In this document: one piece after another, positions 29,701-37,527 of the stretch
How the letters are laid out: each line of letters opens with the position of its first letter
How positions within the stretch are numbered: position 1 is the first letter of the stretch
Program-made: the position numbers and the translations under genes
DNA from: an uncultured Rhodospirillaceae bacterium
GTDB lineage: Bacteria; Pseudomonadota; Alphaproteobacteria; GCA-2731375
NCBI GenBank assembly: GCA_964507245.1
Contig: CAZDQC010000006.1
Span: 1-55,504 of the forward strand
DNA length: 55,504 nucleotides
Direction: 5' to 3'
Notes under the pieces: model-generated
Database searches by the model: none
The model's input: only the letters and a program-made list of their open reading frames with translations
What the model was told of the DNA's origin: nothing

Positions 29701-30669
29701 ATGGTCACCTCGGATAAGCCTGTCGCGCCGCATCATGTTGCTTTCGTGTTGGTTCCGGACTATTCCCTGATCGCCTTTGCATCCGCGATCGAACCATTGC
29801 GACTGGCCAATCAAATCGGCGAACAAACCGCTTATCAATGGAGCTGCCATACCCTGAATGGTGAGCCGGTAAAGGCTAGCAATGGCCTAACAACCCAGCC
29901 TGATGGCGGCCTGGACGCCATCGGCGGTGCCGATCTCGTGGTGGTCTGCGCCGGTTTGAACGTTGAACGGCAGCGACATTCTACAGCCCTTCTCTCGCGC
30001 CTACGTTATCTGGCCAGCCACGGCGCCACCATTGGCGCTATTTGTACGGGCACCTACCTTTTGGCCAAAGCAGGCTTGCTGGATAACCACCGCTGTACCA
30101 TTCACTGGGAAAATCTACGGGGTTTCCAGGAGGAATTTCCTCAAATCGAGGTGACGTCGGAGTTATTCGAATTCGACAATCGCCGGGTGACGTCCGCCGG
30201 CGGTACCGCGTCTTTAGATATGATGCTGCATTACGTAGCGACACAATATGGTGCGGATCTAGCCACCAGCATTGCGGATATGATGATGCATCACCATATT
30301 CGGCCCGGCGACGACCCCCAACGCCCGGATCTGCGAGTCCGGCTGGGCGTGTCGCACCCAAAGTTGGTAGCTACTATCGCCTTGATGGAATCTGGCCTCG
30401 AGGCGCCGCTAAGCTGCCGCCGTCTATCGCAAGCGGTAGGCCTCTCATCACGCCAGTTAGAACGGCTATTCGCGCAACATTTGGGCACGACGCCTATGCG
30501 CTACTATTTGCGCCTTAGATTGTTTCAGGCCCGTCGACTGCTAAAACAGACCTCTATGTCCGTATTACGTATCGGGCTAAGCTGTGGTTTTGTCTCGGCC
30601 TCGCATTTTTCGAAATGCTATCGGGAGACTTTCAACAAAACCCCCAGTCAAGAACGAGCGAGGTCATAA
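29701..30669 (+). CDS. GlxA-type (DJ-1/PfpI GATase1-like + AraC HTH) transcriptional regulator
   Basis: N-terminal VAFVLVPDYSLIAFASAIEPLRLAN and ICTGTYLLAKAGLLD (DJ-1 fold). C-terminal AraC HTH GLSCGFVSASHFSKCYRETFNKTPSQER. Confidence 0.85.
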   Translation: MVTSDKPVAPHHVAFVLVPDYSLIAFASAIEPLRLANQIGEQTAYQWSCHTLNGEPVKASNGLTTQPDGGLDAIGGADLVVVCAGLNVERQRHSTALLSRLRYLASHGATIGAICTGTYLLAKAGLLDNHRCTIHWENLRGFQEEFPQIEVTSELFEFDNRRVTSAGGTASLDMMLHYVATQYGADLATSIADMMMHHHIRPGDDPQRPDLRVRLGVSHPKLVATIALMESGLEAPLSCRRLSQAVGLSSRQLERLFAQHLGTTPMRYYLRLRLFQARRLLKQTSMSVLRIGLSCGFVSASHFSKCYRETFNKTPSQERARS

Positions 30670-30696
30670 GGCAAACCCCGTTTGACTTAGCCGTAT

Positions 30697-31611
30697 TCAG
30701 CTACGCCTACCCCGGCGGCCGCTACGCCGGCGCGGGGCGGCCCCACTACCATCAGCACTATCGCCGCCAACCGCACGAAATTTTGCAATCCAACTAGCGC
30801 AATTTTGGTCATGCCCCATGACGACATTGGCCCCCATCACGGCCGACATTTCTTCGTTATGCAGCGGGTTAGTGATAGCCGATGTCAGGCCAGCGCCAAT
30901 CGCCATGGCAAGAAACGACCAGTTCAAGCCATGCCGGTTCGGCAGGCCAAAGGAGAAGTTAGAGGCGCCGCAAGTAGTATTGACCCGCAACTCCTCTCTT
31001 AGACGGTGGATAATGGATAAGGCCTGCCGGCCCGCCTGACCGATTGCGCCGACGGGCATAACTAGGGGATCCACCACCACGTCACCGCGGGGGATGCCGT
31101 GATCTTCGGCCCGCTCGACGATCTTTTTGGCGATGGAAAAACGTATGTCCGGATCTTCCGATATACCGGTTTCGTCGTTTGAAATAGCGACCACGGCCGC
31201 GCCGTACTTTTTTACCAGTGGTAGAACTGATTCAAGTCGTTCCTCTTCACCGGTCACGGAATTGACCAGGGCCTTGCCTTGATAGACTTCCAATCCGGCC
31301 TGCAAAGCGGCAACGATGGAAGAATCGATAGACAGAGGCACGTCAGTCAAACTTTGCACCAGTTGGATTATCTCGGCCAGGATACGTGGTTCATCTGCCA
31401 GTGGTATACCCGCGTTAACATCCAACATATGCGCACCGGCGGCGACTTGGGCCAAGGCGTCCGATGCGGCCCGGGAATAGTCTCCCTCTTTCATCTCGTC
31501 CGCCAGCAGCTTGCGACCGCTGGGATTGATACGCTCGCCAATGATAGTAAAGGGACGTTCGGTCCCAATCACCACTTCCTTGCTAGCAGAACTGACGACG
31601 GTTTCGGTCAT
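30697..31611 (-). CDS. pterin-binding methyltransferase (methyl-corrinoid:tetrahydrofolate methyltransferase, MtgA/AcsE/MetH-pterin-domain-like)
   Basis: IIGERINPSGRK, LDVNAG and CGASNFSFGLPNR, typical of the pterin-binding (DHPS-like) domain. It starts 7 nt after the corrinoid protein gene. Confidence 0.8.
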   Translation of the reverse strand: MTETVVSSASKEVVIGTERPFTIIGERINPSGRKLLADEMKEGDYSRAASDALAQVAAGAHMLDVNAGIPLADEPRILAEIIQLVQSLTDVPLSIDSSIVAALQAGLEVYQGKALVNSVTGEEERLESVLPLVKKYGAAVVAISNDETGISEDPDIRFSIAKKIVERAEDHGIPRGDVVVDPLVMPVGAIGQAGRQALSIIHRLREELRVNTTCGASNFSFGLPNRHGLNWSFLAMAIGAGLTSAITNPLHNEEMSAVMGANVVMGHDQNCASWIAKFRAVGGDSADGSGAAPRRRSGRRGRRS

Positions 31612-31618
31612 AGCCCGG

Positions 31619-32341
31619 CTATCCGCCGCGCGCAGCGAGAGAACCCTGACGACGGCTCATTTGTTCAACGGCGATTTCCACGGCCGATGCGGCATCCCGG
31701 CAATAGGCATCCGCGCCGATCGCCTGAGAAAATTCCTCATTCAATGGCGCGCCACCGACCAACACGATGTAGTCGCTGCGCAGGCCTTTTTCTGCCAAGG
31801 TGTCAATCACCACCTTCATGTATGGCATTGTCGTGGTCAAGAGCGCCGACATACCGAGGATATCCGCCTGATTTTCCTCCAACGCGGTCAGGAAATCTTC
31901 CACTGACTGATTAATGCCAAGATCTACCACCTCGAACCCGGCGCCTTCCATCATCATAGCCACCAGGTTCTTACCGATATCGTGTATATCACCCTTGACT
32001 GTGCCAATGACGATCCTACCCATACGGGGTGCGTTGGAGGCGATGAGTAAGGGTTGTAATATGGCCATGCCCGCCTTCATGGCGTTGGCGGACATCAATA
32101 CCTCTGGTACGAACAAGATGCCGTCGCGAAAATCAATGCCAACGATGCGCATGCCTTCGACCAGGGCCTCGTTTAGGGTCCTTTGTGCGTCCCACCCCCG
32201 ATCCAGCAGGATTGTAGTGCCTTCTGCAATTTCATCCGCCAGTCCATCGTAAAGGTCATCATGCATCTGAGCTACAAGGTCTTCATCGCTCAACGTCGCC
32301 AAGTCTATGTCGTCTTCGCTTGCCGCTATCTCATCCGCCAT
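31619..32341 (-). CDS. cobalamin-binding corrinoid protein (B12-binding cap + Rossmann domain)
   Basis: His-on motif GTVKGDIHDIGKNLV (DxHxxG), GMSALLTTTM (SxL) and LVGGAPL (GG). I prefer ATG 32341 (GGAG RBS); the longer ORF to 32500 has W/C/R-rich junk. Confidence 0.85.
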   Translation of the reverse strand: MADEIAASEDDIDLATLSDEDLVAQMHDDLYDGLADEIAEGTTILLDRGWDAQRTLNEALVEGMRIVGIDFRDGILFVPEVLMSANAMKAGMAILQPLLIASNAPRMGRIVIGTVKGDIHDIGKNLVAMMMEGAGFEVVDLGINQSVEDFLTALEENQADILGMSALLTTTMPYMKVVIDTLAEKGLRSDYIVLVGGAPLNEEFSQAIGADAYCRDAASAVEIAVEQMSRRQGSLAARGG

Positions 32342-32740
32342 ATCGCCAACTCCAATTGGTGCCAACAATGACTTAGCGCAGGAAAAATTCCAGCCACGCC
32401 CGCCTGTATATTGTAAACTTCGCCACCAGATTCTGTCGCCCAGGAGACTGAAACTATACCATTTACGACATTTTCTGCTGAAGGCCGGACGAGACGCCAT
32501 GGCGCAAAATCCACTTTCAACTCAATGCCAAAATTCGGAATTACAGTCAGTTTGATCGCTGGTTCGGGGTCCACCCAAATTCGCTTGGGCACGCCCGTGT
32601 TTGATCACCACCTGTTGAAGGTAGGTAGAAGAGTAGGCGTCAAGGGTGCCACGAAATTGCTGCGGCCATCCGTCTTGACCGAGTTGTGACATGGGCGATA
32701 CGTTGGCCAACAATAAAAAGTACAATCGTGGAGGAGAGTT

Positions 32741-33907
32741 ATGGTTTCAGTCGCCGTTCACCCTAAGCAGTTTCCCTGGTTCGACTATTCTACTTACTCT
32801 TTTTCTCTCGGCATCGATGCGGGCGAAGGCATCTATCTGTCCGGTCATACGGCGTCGGCGTACGACGAAGAGGCCGGTCGGATCACTATCAAGGGCGGCA
32901 TGGCTGAACAGGCGCGCACTGCCTATGAAAAAATTGCTGCCATCCTGGAGGGTGCAGGCAAGTCCTTTGGGGATGTTGTGCGAGTGGTCGAGTATGTCAA
33001 GCCTGAAGGAATTGAGCGCTATGGCGAGGCTGCGGCTGTACGCGAGGAAGTATTTGGTAGCCACCGCCCCGCTGTTAATACCGTGCCAGTCAAGGCACTG
33101 TTACGCCCCGCCGCATTTATTGAGATTGAAATCACCGCCGGTCCAGTGGCCGCGGAAACCGGTTTCGGCACCGGTCTTCCTGTTGCGCGGGAGTCGTCCG
33201 GAGTTGTTTTTCTACCCACGGTGCAGGCAGTAAACGAGAATGGCGAGATTATCGGACCCGGTGACGTAGTTGCCCAGACGGCAGCGATATTCAAGAAAGC
33301 CAAGAAGATGCTGGAAACACTGGGTCTCGGCTTTGATTCCGTAGTAAAGACCCTCGACTACATCACTCCAGCAGCATTGGCCGACTATCGCGGCACTGGT
33401 AGGGTACGCAAGGAATTCCTGGGGCCTGTCTATCCTGGCGCTGCAGGGATCCTAATGCCGCGCCTGCTCCACTCGGAAGCGTTGATCCAGTATGATTTTA
33501 TCGCCTCCCGCGATAAAACAGTTGCCGTGAACCCCGGCTGGGACCGTTATGAAAAACTGACCTATAGCCCGGGCGTCCGAGCTGGCAAACTGCTGTTTCT
33601 TTCCGGTCAGGGTTCGCTTGACCCAAGCACTGAACGGGTCGTACATGACGGTGATGTCGTAGCACAAGCGGAATATACCTACAATAATATCTTCAAGGTC
33701 ATCGAGGCCGCTGGCGGAACACCAGGAAATTTGGTGAAAACGATCGAATATGTCACACCAGCGGCACTCGCACGCTATCGACAGGTCGGCGCCCTACGTG
33801 CCAAGCAGTTAAGCCAGCCCTACCCCGCGGCTACAGGCTTGATCTGTGAGGCCCTGTTGCGCCCAGAAATGCAGATCGAGGTTGATCCCTTCGCTGTGCT
33901 GGATTGA
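32741..33907 (+). CDS. triple-tandem RidA/YjgF/L-PSP-family protein
   Basis: 388 aa, resolvable by eye into three modules of about 125 aa. They end ...PAVNTVPVKALLRPAAFIEIEITA, ...PGAAGILMPRLLHSEALIQYDFIA and ...PAATGLICEALLRPEMQIEVDPFAV, each preceded by a GDVVAQ/GMAEQA...helix-type segment. Confidence 0.75.
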   Translation: MVSVAVHPKQFPWFDYSTYSFSLGIDAGEGIYLSGHTASAYDEEAGRITIKGGMAEQARTAYEKIAAILEGAGKSFGDVVRVVEYVKPEGIERYGEAAAVREEVFGSHRPAVNTVPVKALLRPAAFIEIEITAGPVAAETGFGTGLPVARESSGVVFLPTVQAVNENGEIIGPGDVVAQTAAIFKKAKKMLETLGLGFDSVVKTLDYITPAALADYRGTGRVRKEFLGPVYPGAAGILMPRLLHSEALIQYDFIASRDKTVAVNPGWDRYEKLTYSPGVRAGKLLFLSGQGSLDPSTERVVHDGDVVAQAEYTYNNIFKVIEAAGGTPGNLVKTIEYVTPAALARYRQVGALRAKQLSQPYPAATGLICEALLRPEMQIEVDPFAVLD

Positions 33908-33909
33908 AC

Positions 33910-34410
33910 ATGTCCGAGCCTCTCCTCAATGATGAATTAAGAGCCTGGATTGGTCGAGAAGTGCGTTATGAGGCCAAGGAAGAATTGGGCCGAGCCTCGA
34001 TCCGCTATTTCGCGCTTGCAATCGATGACGATAATCAACTCTATCAGGACGATGCCTACGCCCGTCAGGCCGGTTATGACAGCTTGATTGCGCCGCCGAC
34101 ATTTGTAGTCGAGACTTGCCAGTATGCCCATCGGCGGCCAGACGAGCACGGTTACATGGGACACACCTGGCATCTACCGGTGCATGGCTGCCGGATGATC
34201 CGGGCCGGCAACGACTACGAGTTCGTCCGGCCCGTGCTACCGAACGACAAAGTATCCGTAACCTGGACCTTGGAAGATATCGTGGAGCGGAACTCCTCCC
34301 GTGGCGGCTCCCAGCTCTTCGTCACCTCAGTAGCGCGTTATTACGACATCGGCGATGAGTTGCTTGCGGTAAATCGTGAGACCCTTGTCTATCAGCCTCT
34401 GAAGGAATGA
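33910..34410 (+). CDS. MaoC-N / FAS1-like hot-dog dehydratase subunit
   Basis: About 166 aa with SIRYFALAIDDDNQLYQDDAYARQAGYDSLIAPPTF, typical of the N-terminal half of split (R)-hydratases. It abuts the RidA stop and overlaps the next gene by ATGA. Confidence 0.7.
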   Translation: MSEPLLNDELRAWIGREVRYEAKEELGRASIRYFALAIDDDNQLYQDDAYARQAGYDSLIAPPTFVVETCQYAHRRPDEHGYMGHTWHLPVHGCRMIRAGNDYEFVRPVLPNDKVSVTWTLEDIVERNSSRGGSQLFVTSVARYYDIGDELLAVNRETLVYQPLKE

Positions 34411-34838
34411 GAATGAACGACGCGACAGGGCAAGCGGCCGAAATCAAGCCCGGGACAACCCTTCCGGTGGAAGAGAAATTCTTCACCGCAGCCGACCTGG
34501 TGATGTACGGCGCCGCGACCTGGGACTGGCACCGGCTGCACTACGACACGACGTTCACCAATGCAATGAACCTACCTGCCCCCGTAATCGACGGTCAAAT
34601 TTACGGCGCCCTATTCGCCAAACAAGCGGTCGGCTGGCTTGGCCCTCGCGCGTTCGTGCAACGCATGGGATTTCGCATGCGTTCTATGGCCTTTGCAGAC
34701 GATACACTGCGTACAGAAGGCGAAGTGTCGGAAGTACGGTCAGAGGAGAGCGCCGATGTCATTGTGTTGCAACAGCGCCTAACTTGCGGCGAACGGTTAA
34801 TTGCAGAGGCCACCACAGAGATCCGGCTGTCTCGGTAG
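34407..34838 (+). CDS. MaoC-like hot-dog (R)-specific enoyl-CoA hydratase subunit
   Basis: 143 aa with VMYGAATWDWHRLHYDTTFTNAMNLPAPVIDGQ (hydratase-2 D/H motif region). Confidence 0.75.
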   Translation: MRMNDATGQAAEIKPGTTLPVEEKFFTAADLVMYGAATWDWHRLHYDTTFTNAMNLPAPVIDGQIYGALFAKQAVGWLGPRAFVQRMGFRMRSMAFADDTLRTEGEVSEVRSEESADVIVLQQRLTCGERLIAEATTEIRLSR

Positions 34839-34844
34839 GCTTTC

Positions 34845-35834
34845 CTAGGCGATGGCCTCTATAGTTGTGACAAATAGCTCCGGGCTAACATTATGCGGTG
34901 GAAATACCACCAAATGTGAAATTCCAGCATCTCTCCTGGCATCTATTGCCGCCAGGCATTCTGCAGGGTTGCCGGCCACCACTAGATCATCAAGCACATC
35001 GCGCGGAATAACATCTGCGGCCCCGGCCCTATTGCCGTTTCGCCACGCACTTTGGATACGATCCGCTACCTCTCCGTAGCCGTAGCCATGCATGAGCTCG
35101 TGATAAAATGAGCCCATACCGCCGATATAGTAAGCTAGGTGTTCGCGGCACAGCGCCCGCGCCGTCTCTCCGTCATCACTACAAGCAACCAAAGTTAGGG
35201 CTGCCATATCAATCTCCAACGGATCTCGACCTGCCTCGTTCGCGCCCGCGACCAAGGGTGCGCGCGAGGCCTCGATGTTCCGGACAGAGACATGTGTTGG
35301 CAGCCATCCGTCCGCTATCTCACCTGTCTGTCGCACCGCCCGCGATTTCAGGGTTGCCAGATAGATCGGTATGCGATCCTGTATTGGGCGGATTAGCATG
35401 CGAAAGCCTTCGAGACGAAAACAGGCTCCCTCATAGTCGACACGCTCTCCGCTCAGCGCTAATCGAATTATTTCTACGGCCTCGCGGGTCCGCGTCATCG
35501 GCTTGTCAAAAGCTTGACTGTGCCAGTTCTTCACCACAATTGGACCGCTTGTGCCTAGTCCGATTATAGCCCGACCGCCTGAAATTTCGTCCAAGGTAGC
35601 AAAGCTTTGCGCCAAGAGGGCGGGCGAGCGGGAATAAACATTGACGATACCGGTTGCCAATTTCATCCGGTTCGTCTTACCCGCCAAAAGACCTAGTAGC
35701 GTGAAGGCATCGGAGCCGAACGCCTCCGGCACCCAGACACTCTCATATCCAGACGCCTCAGCCAGTTCGGCGTAAAGCACCGCATTGCTGCGATGTACCG
35801 CGCGGCTGAACGGCGATACGTACGACAAGCGCAT
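34845..35834 (-). CDS. luciferase-like (LLM class) flavin/F420-dependent oxidoreductase
   Basis: 329 aa with AEASGYESVWVPEAFGSDAFT and IGLGTSGPIVV, typical of the LLM fold. Confidence 0.8.
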   Translation of the reverse strand: MRLSYVSPFSRAVHRSNAVLYAELAEASGYESVWVPEAFGSDAFTLLGLLAGKTNRMKLATGIVNVYSRSPALLAQSFATLDEISGGRAIIGLGTSGPIVVKNWHSQAFDKPMTRTREAVEIIRLALSGERVDYEGACFRLEGFRMLIRPIQDRIPIYLATLKSRAVRQTGEIADGWLPTHVSVRNIEASRAPLVAGANEAGRDPLEIDMAALTLVACSDDGETARALCREHLAYYIGGMGSFYHELMHGYGYGEVADRIQSAWRNGNRAGAADVIPRDVLDDLVVAGNPAECLAAIDARRDAGISHLVVFPPHNVSPELFVTTIEAIA

Positions 35835-35858
35835 CTACGTCTCTCCCTTCAGCTGAAT

Positions 35859-37412
35859 TCAGTCGAGCGGACGTTCAAGAAGGCCCAGGAGTTTTTCCTT
35901 CAACCGCCCACGCTCCACCTTGCCAGTCGAATTCGATGGAATTTCGTCAAGGAAGAAATAGTGCCTCGGCCGTTTGAAATCTGCAAGATCAGGACTTTCC
36001 CGACAGTATTGGTCCAAGGCGTCAGCCGTAAGCTCCGGGTCTTTAGGCGTGATCGCCGCGCAAACCGCCTGACCCCATTTACTGCTAGGCAACCCTACCA
36101 CAGCTGCATCGGCGATCGCTTGATGATCGAATAGAACGTTCTCGACCTCTGATGGATGCACGTTTTCACCACCGGTCTTAATAGTGTGGTCTTGGCGTCC
36201 CATGACAGTAACAAAACCAGCCTCGTCACTGTAGGCGGCATCACCTGAGAAGTACCAACCCTTTCGCAAAGCCGCAGCCGTACGCTCCGGTTGGCGGAAA
36301 TACTCCTTCATAATGCTAGGTCCGCGGGCAATCAGTTCGCCGATCTCGCCAGGGGCCACGACGTCGTCAGGTTCGGTGGCGCCAGTACGTACAATCCGCA
36401 CCTCCATGTTGATAGCCGCCTGTCCGACGCTCCCTAACTTATCCGGATGCCGGCGATAATCACAGGCATTGACGGTGAGACCCTCTGTGAAACCATAGAC
36501 GTTGAGGAAGAGATCTGGGAACAGCGTCATGCACTTACGTGTGACGTCATCAGCCAGGGTCTGACCACCATAGAAACCGCAGCGTAAGCTGGAGAGATCG
36601 TATTTTGATAGATCGGCTTGCACCATCATAACCATCTGTGTCGGCACCCCGTGCAGGCACGTCAGCTTTTCGCTTTCAACTAGGGAGAGCGTCTCTTCAA
36701 CATCAAAACCTCGGGTTAAAACGTTTGTGGCCCCCAGATGCACGAACGGCAGGAACTGCAACTGCAGTTGAGCGATATGAAATAACGGCTTGTTATTGAG
36801 GATACTATCATCCTGTCGGAAGCCGCATTCCTGCGCCATGGTCATAGAGCCGAACAATTCAGCCAAATGTGTACGGACCACTCCTTTCGGCAGGCCGGTG
36901 GTCCCCGAGGTATACATGATGAAAGCAGCGTCATTAAAACCCGCGCCGATTGGCGGTTCACGGTCCGAAGCGGGCTTGATAAAATCCTGGAATGGCACCT
37001 CATCCTTTTGGGGGCTGTCGCCGATATAAATGCAGCGCTCCACGCTCGGCAATTCATCTAGGATGGGCATCACAAGGTCCCGCAGCGCCTCCTCAAATAC
37101 AAAGAGACGGGCACCACAGTCGTTGACGATAAATTTCACCTCATTAGGCGCCAGTCGGTAGTTAATCGGTACCGGCACACCGCCTATCTTAAGCAGACCA
37201 TAAAAAGCAGTCACCTGTTCGGGTAGGTTCCAGGTTAAGAATGCAACCCGATCTCCACAGCCAATTCCATGCCCGGCAAAGGCATTCGCGGCTCTGTTGA
37301 CCTCACGGTTCCACTCTCTGTACGTCCAGGTACGACCTTCGAATACTAGCGCAGTCTTTTCAGGCCATTTCAAGGCCGATTGCGTTAATGTCAGTCCTAA
37401 GTTCATCCTCAA
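35859..37412 (-). CDS. AMP-dependent acyl-CoA synthetase/ligase
   Basis: AMP-binding motif IMYTSGTTGLPKGV, YGFTEG, SGDAAY, and a C-terminal TGKVER. Confidence 0.9.
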   Translation of the reverse strand: MRMNLGLTLTQSALKWPEKTALVFEGRTWTYREWNREVNRAANAFAGHGIGCGDRVAFLTWNLPEQVTAFYGLLKIGGVPVPINYRLAPNEVKFIVNDCGARLFVFEEALRDLVMPILDELPSVERCIYIGDSPQKDEVPFQDFIKPASDREPPIGAGFNDAAFIMYTSGTTGLPKGVVRTHLAELFGSMTMAQECGFRQDDSILNNKPLFHIAQLQLQFLPFVHLGATNVLTRGFDVEETLSLVESEKLTCLHGVPTQMVMMVQADLSKYDLSSLRCGFYGGQTLADDVTRKCMTLFPDLFLNVYGFTEGLTVNACDYRRHPDKLGSVGQAAINMEVRIVRTGATEPDDVVAPGEIGELIARGPSIMKEYFRQPERTAAALRKGWYFSGDAAYSDEAGFVTVMGRQDHTIKTGGENVHPSEVENVLFDHQAIADAAVVGLPSSKWGQAVCAAITPKDPELTADALDQYCRESPDLADFKRPRHYFFLDEIPSNSTGKVERGRLKEKLLGLLERPLD

Positions 37413-37527
37413 AAGCTAAGGCTGCCTCTGACAGGTGTCAAACGCAGTATTTGCTAGGTCAGCATGATTGTTCTTTGGAATATGCTGTGGTCTATATTGC
37501 ACACTTGATTAAACTGTGGAGGCTGGC

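Noticed and set aside
32342-32500. Several ORFs have long N-terminal extensions in the track: the corrinoid protein to 32500, the thiolase to 18044, proV to 50010, the HMG-lyase-like gene from 18700 and the amidase from 23661.
   Set aside because: The extensions are W/C/R-rich or overlap the upstream gene. Internal ATGs with GGAG-type RBS give N-termini typical of each family.
32636-32652. There is a sigma-54-like element GTGGCACCCTTGACGCC (minus strand) with correct GG-N10-GC spacing upstream of the corrinoid operon.
   Set aside because: The -12 region lacks the TTGC T residues. No enhancer-binding protein is encoded nearby, and it would imply a leader of about 285 nt. It is too weak to call without a position-weight-matrix score or TSS data.
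32342-32740. I looked for a possible cobalamin riboswitch in the 400-nt leader of the corrinoid-protein operon.
   Set aside because: I read the minus-strand leader and found no B12-box-like element or the GGGAA/CGGTG core. A covariance-model scan would be needed to be sure.
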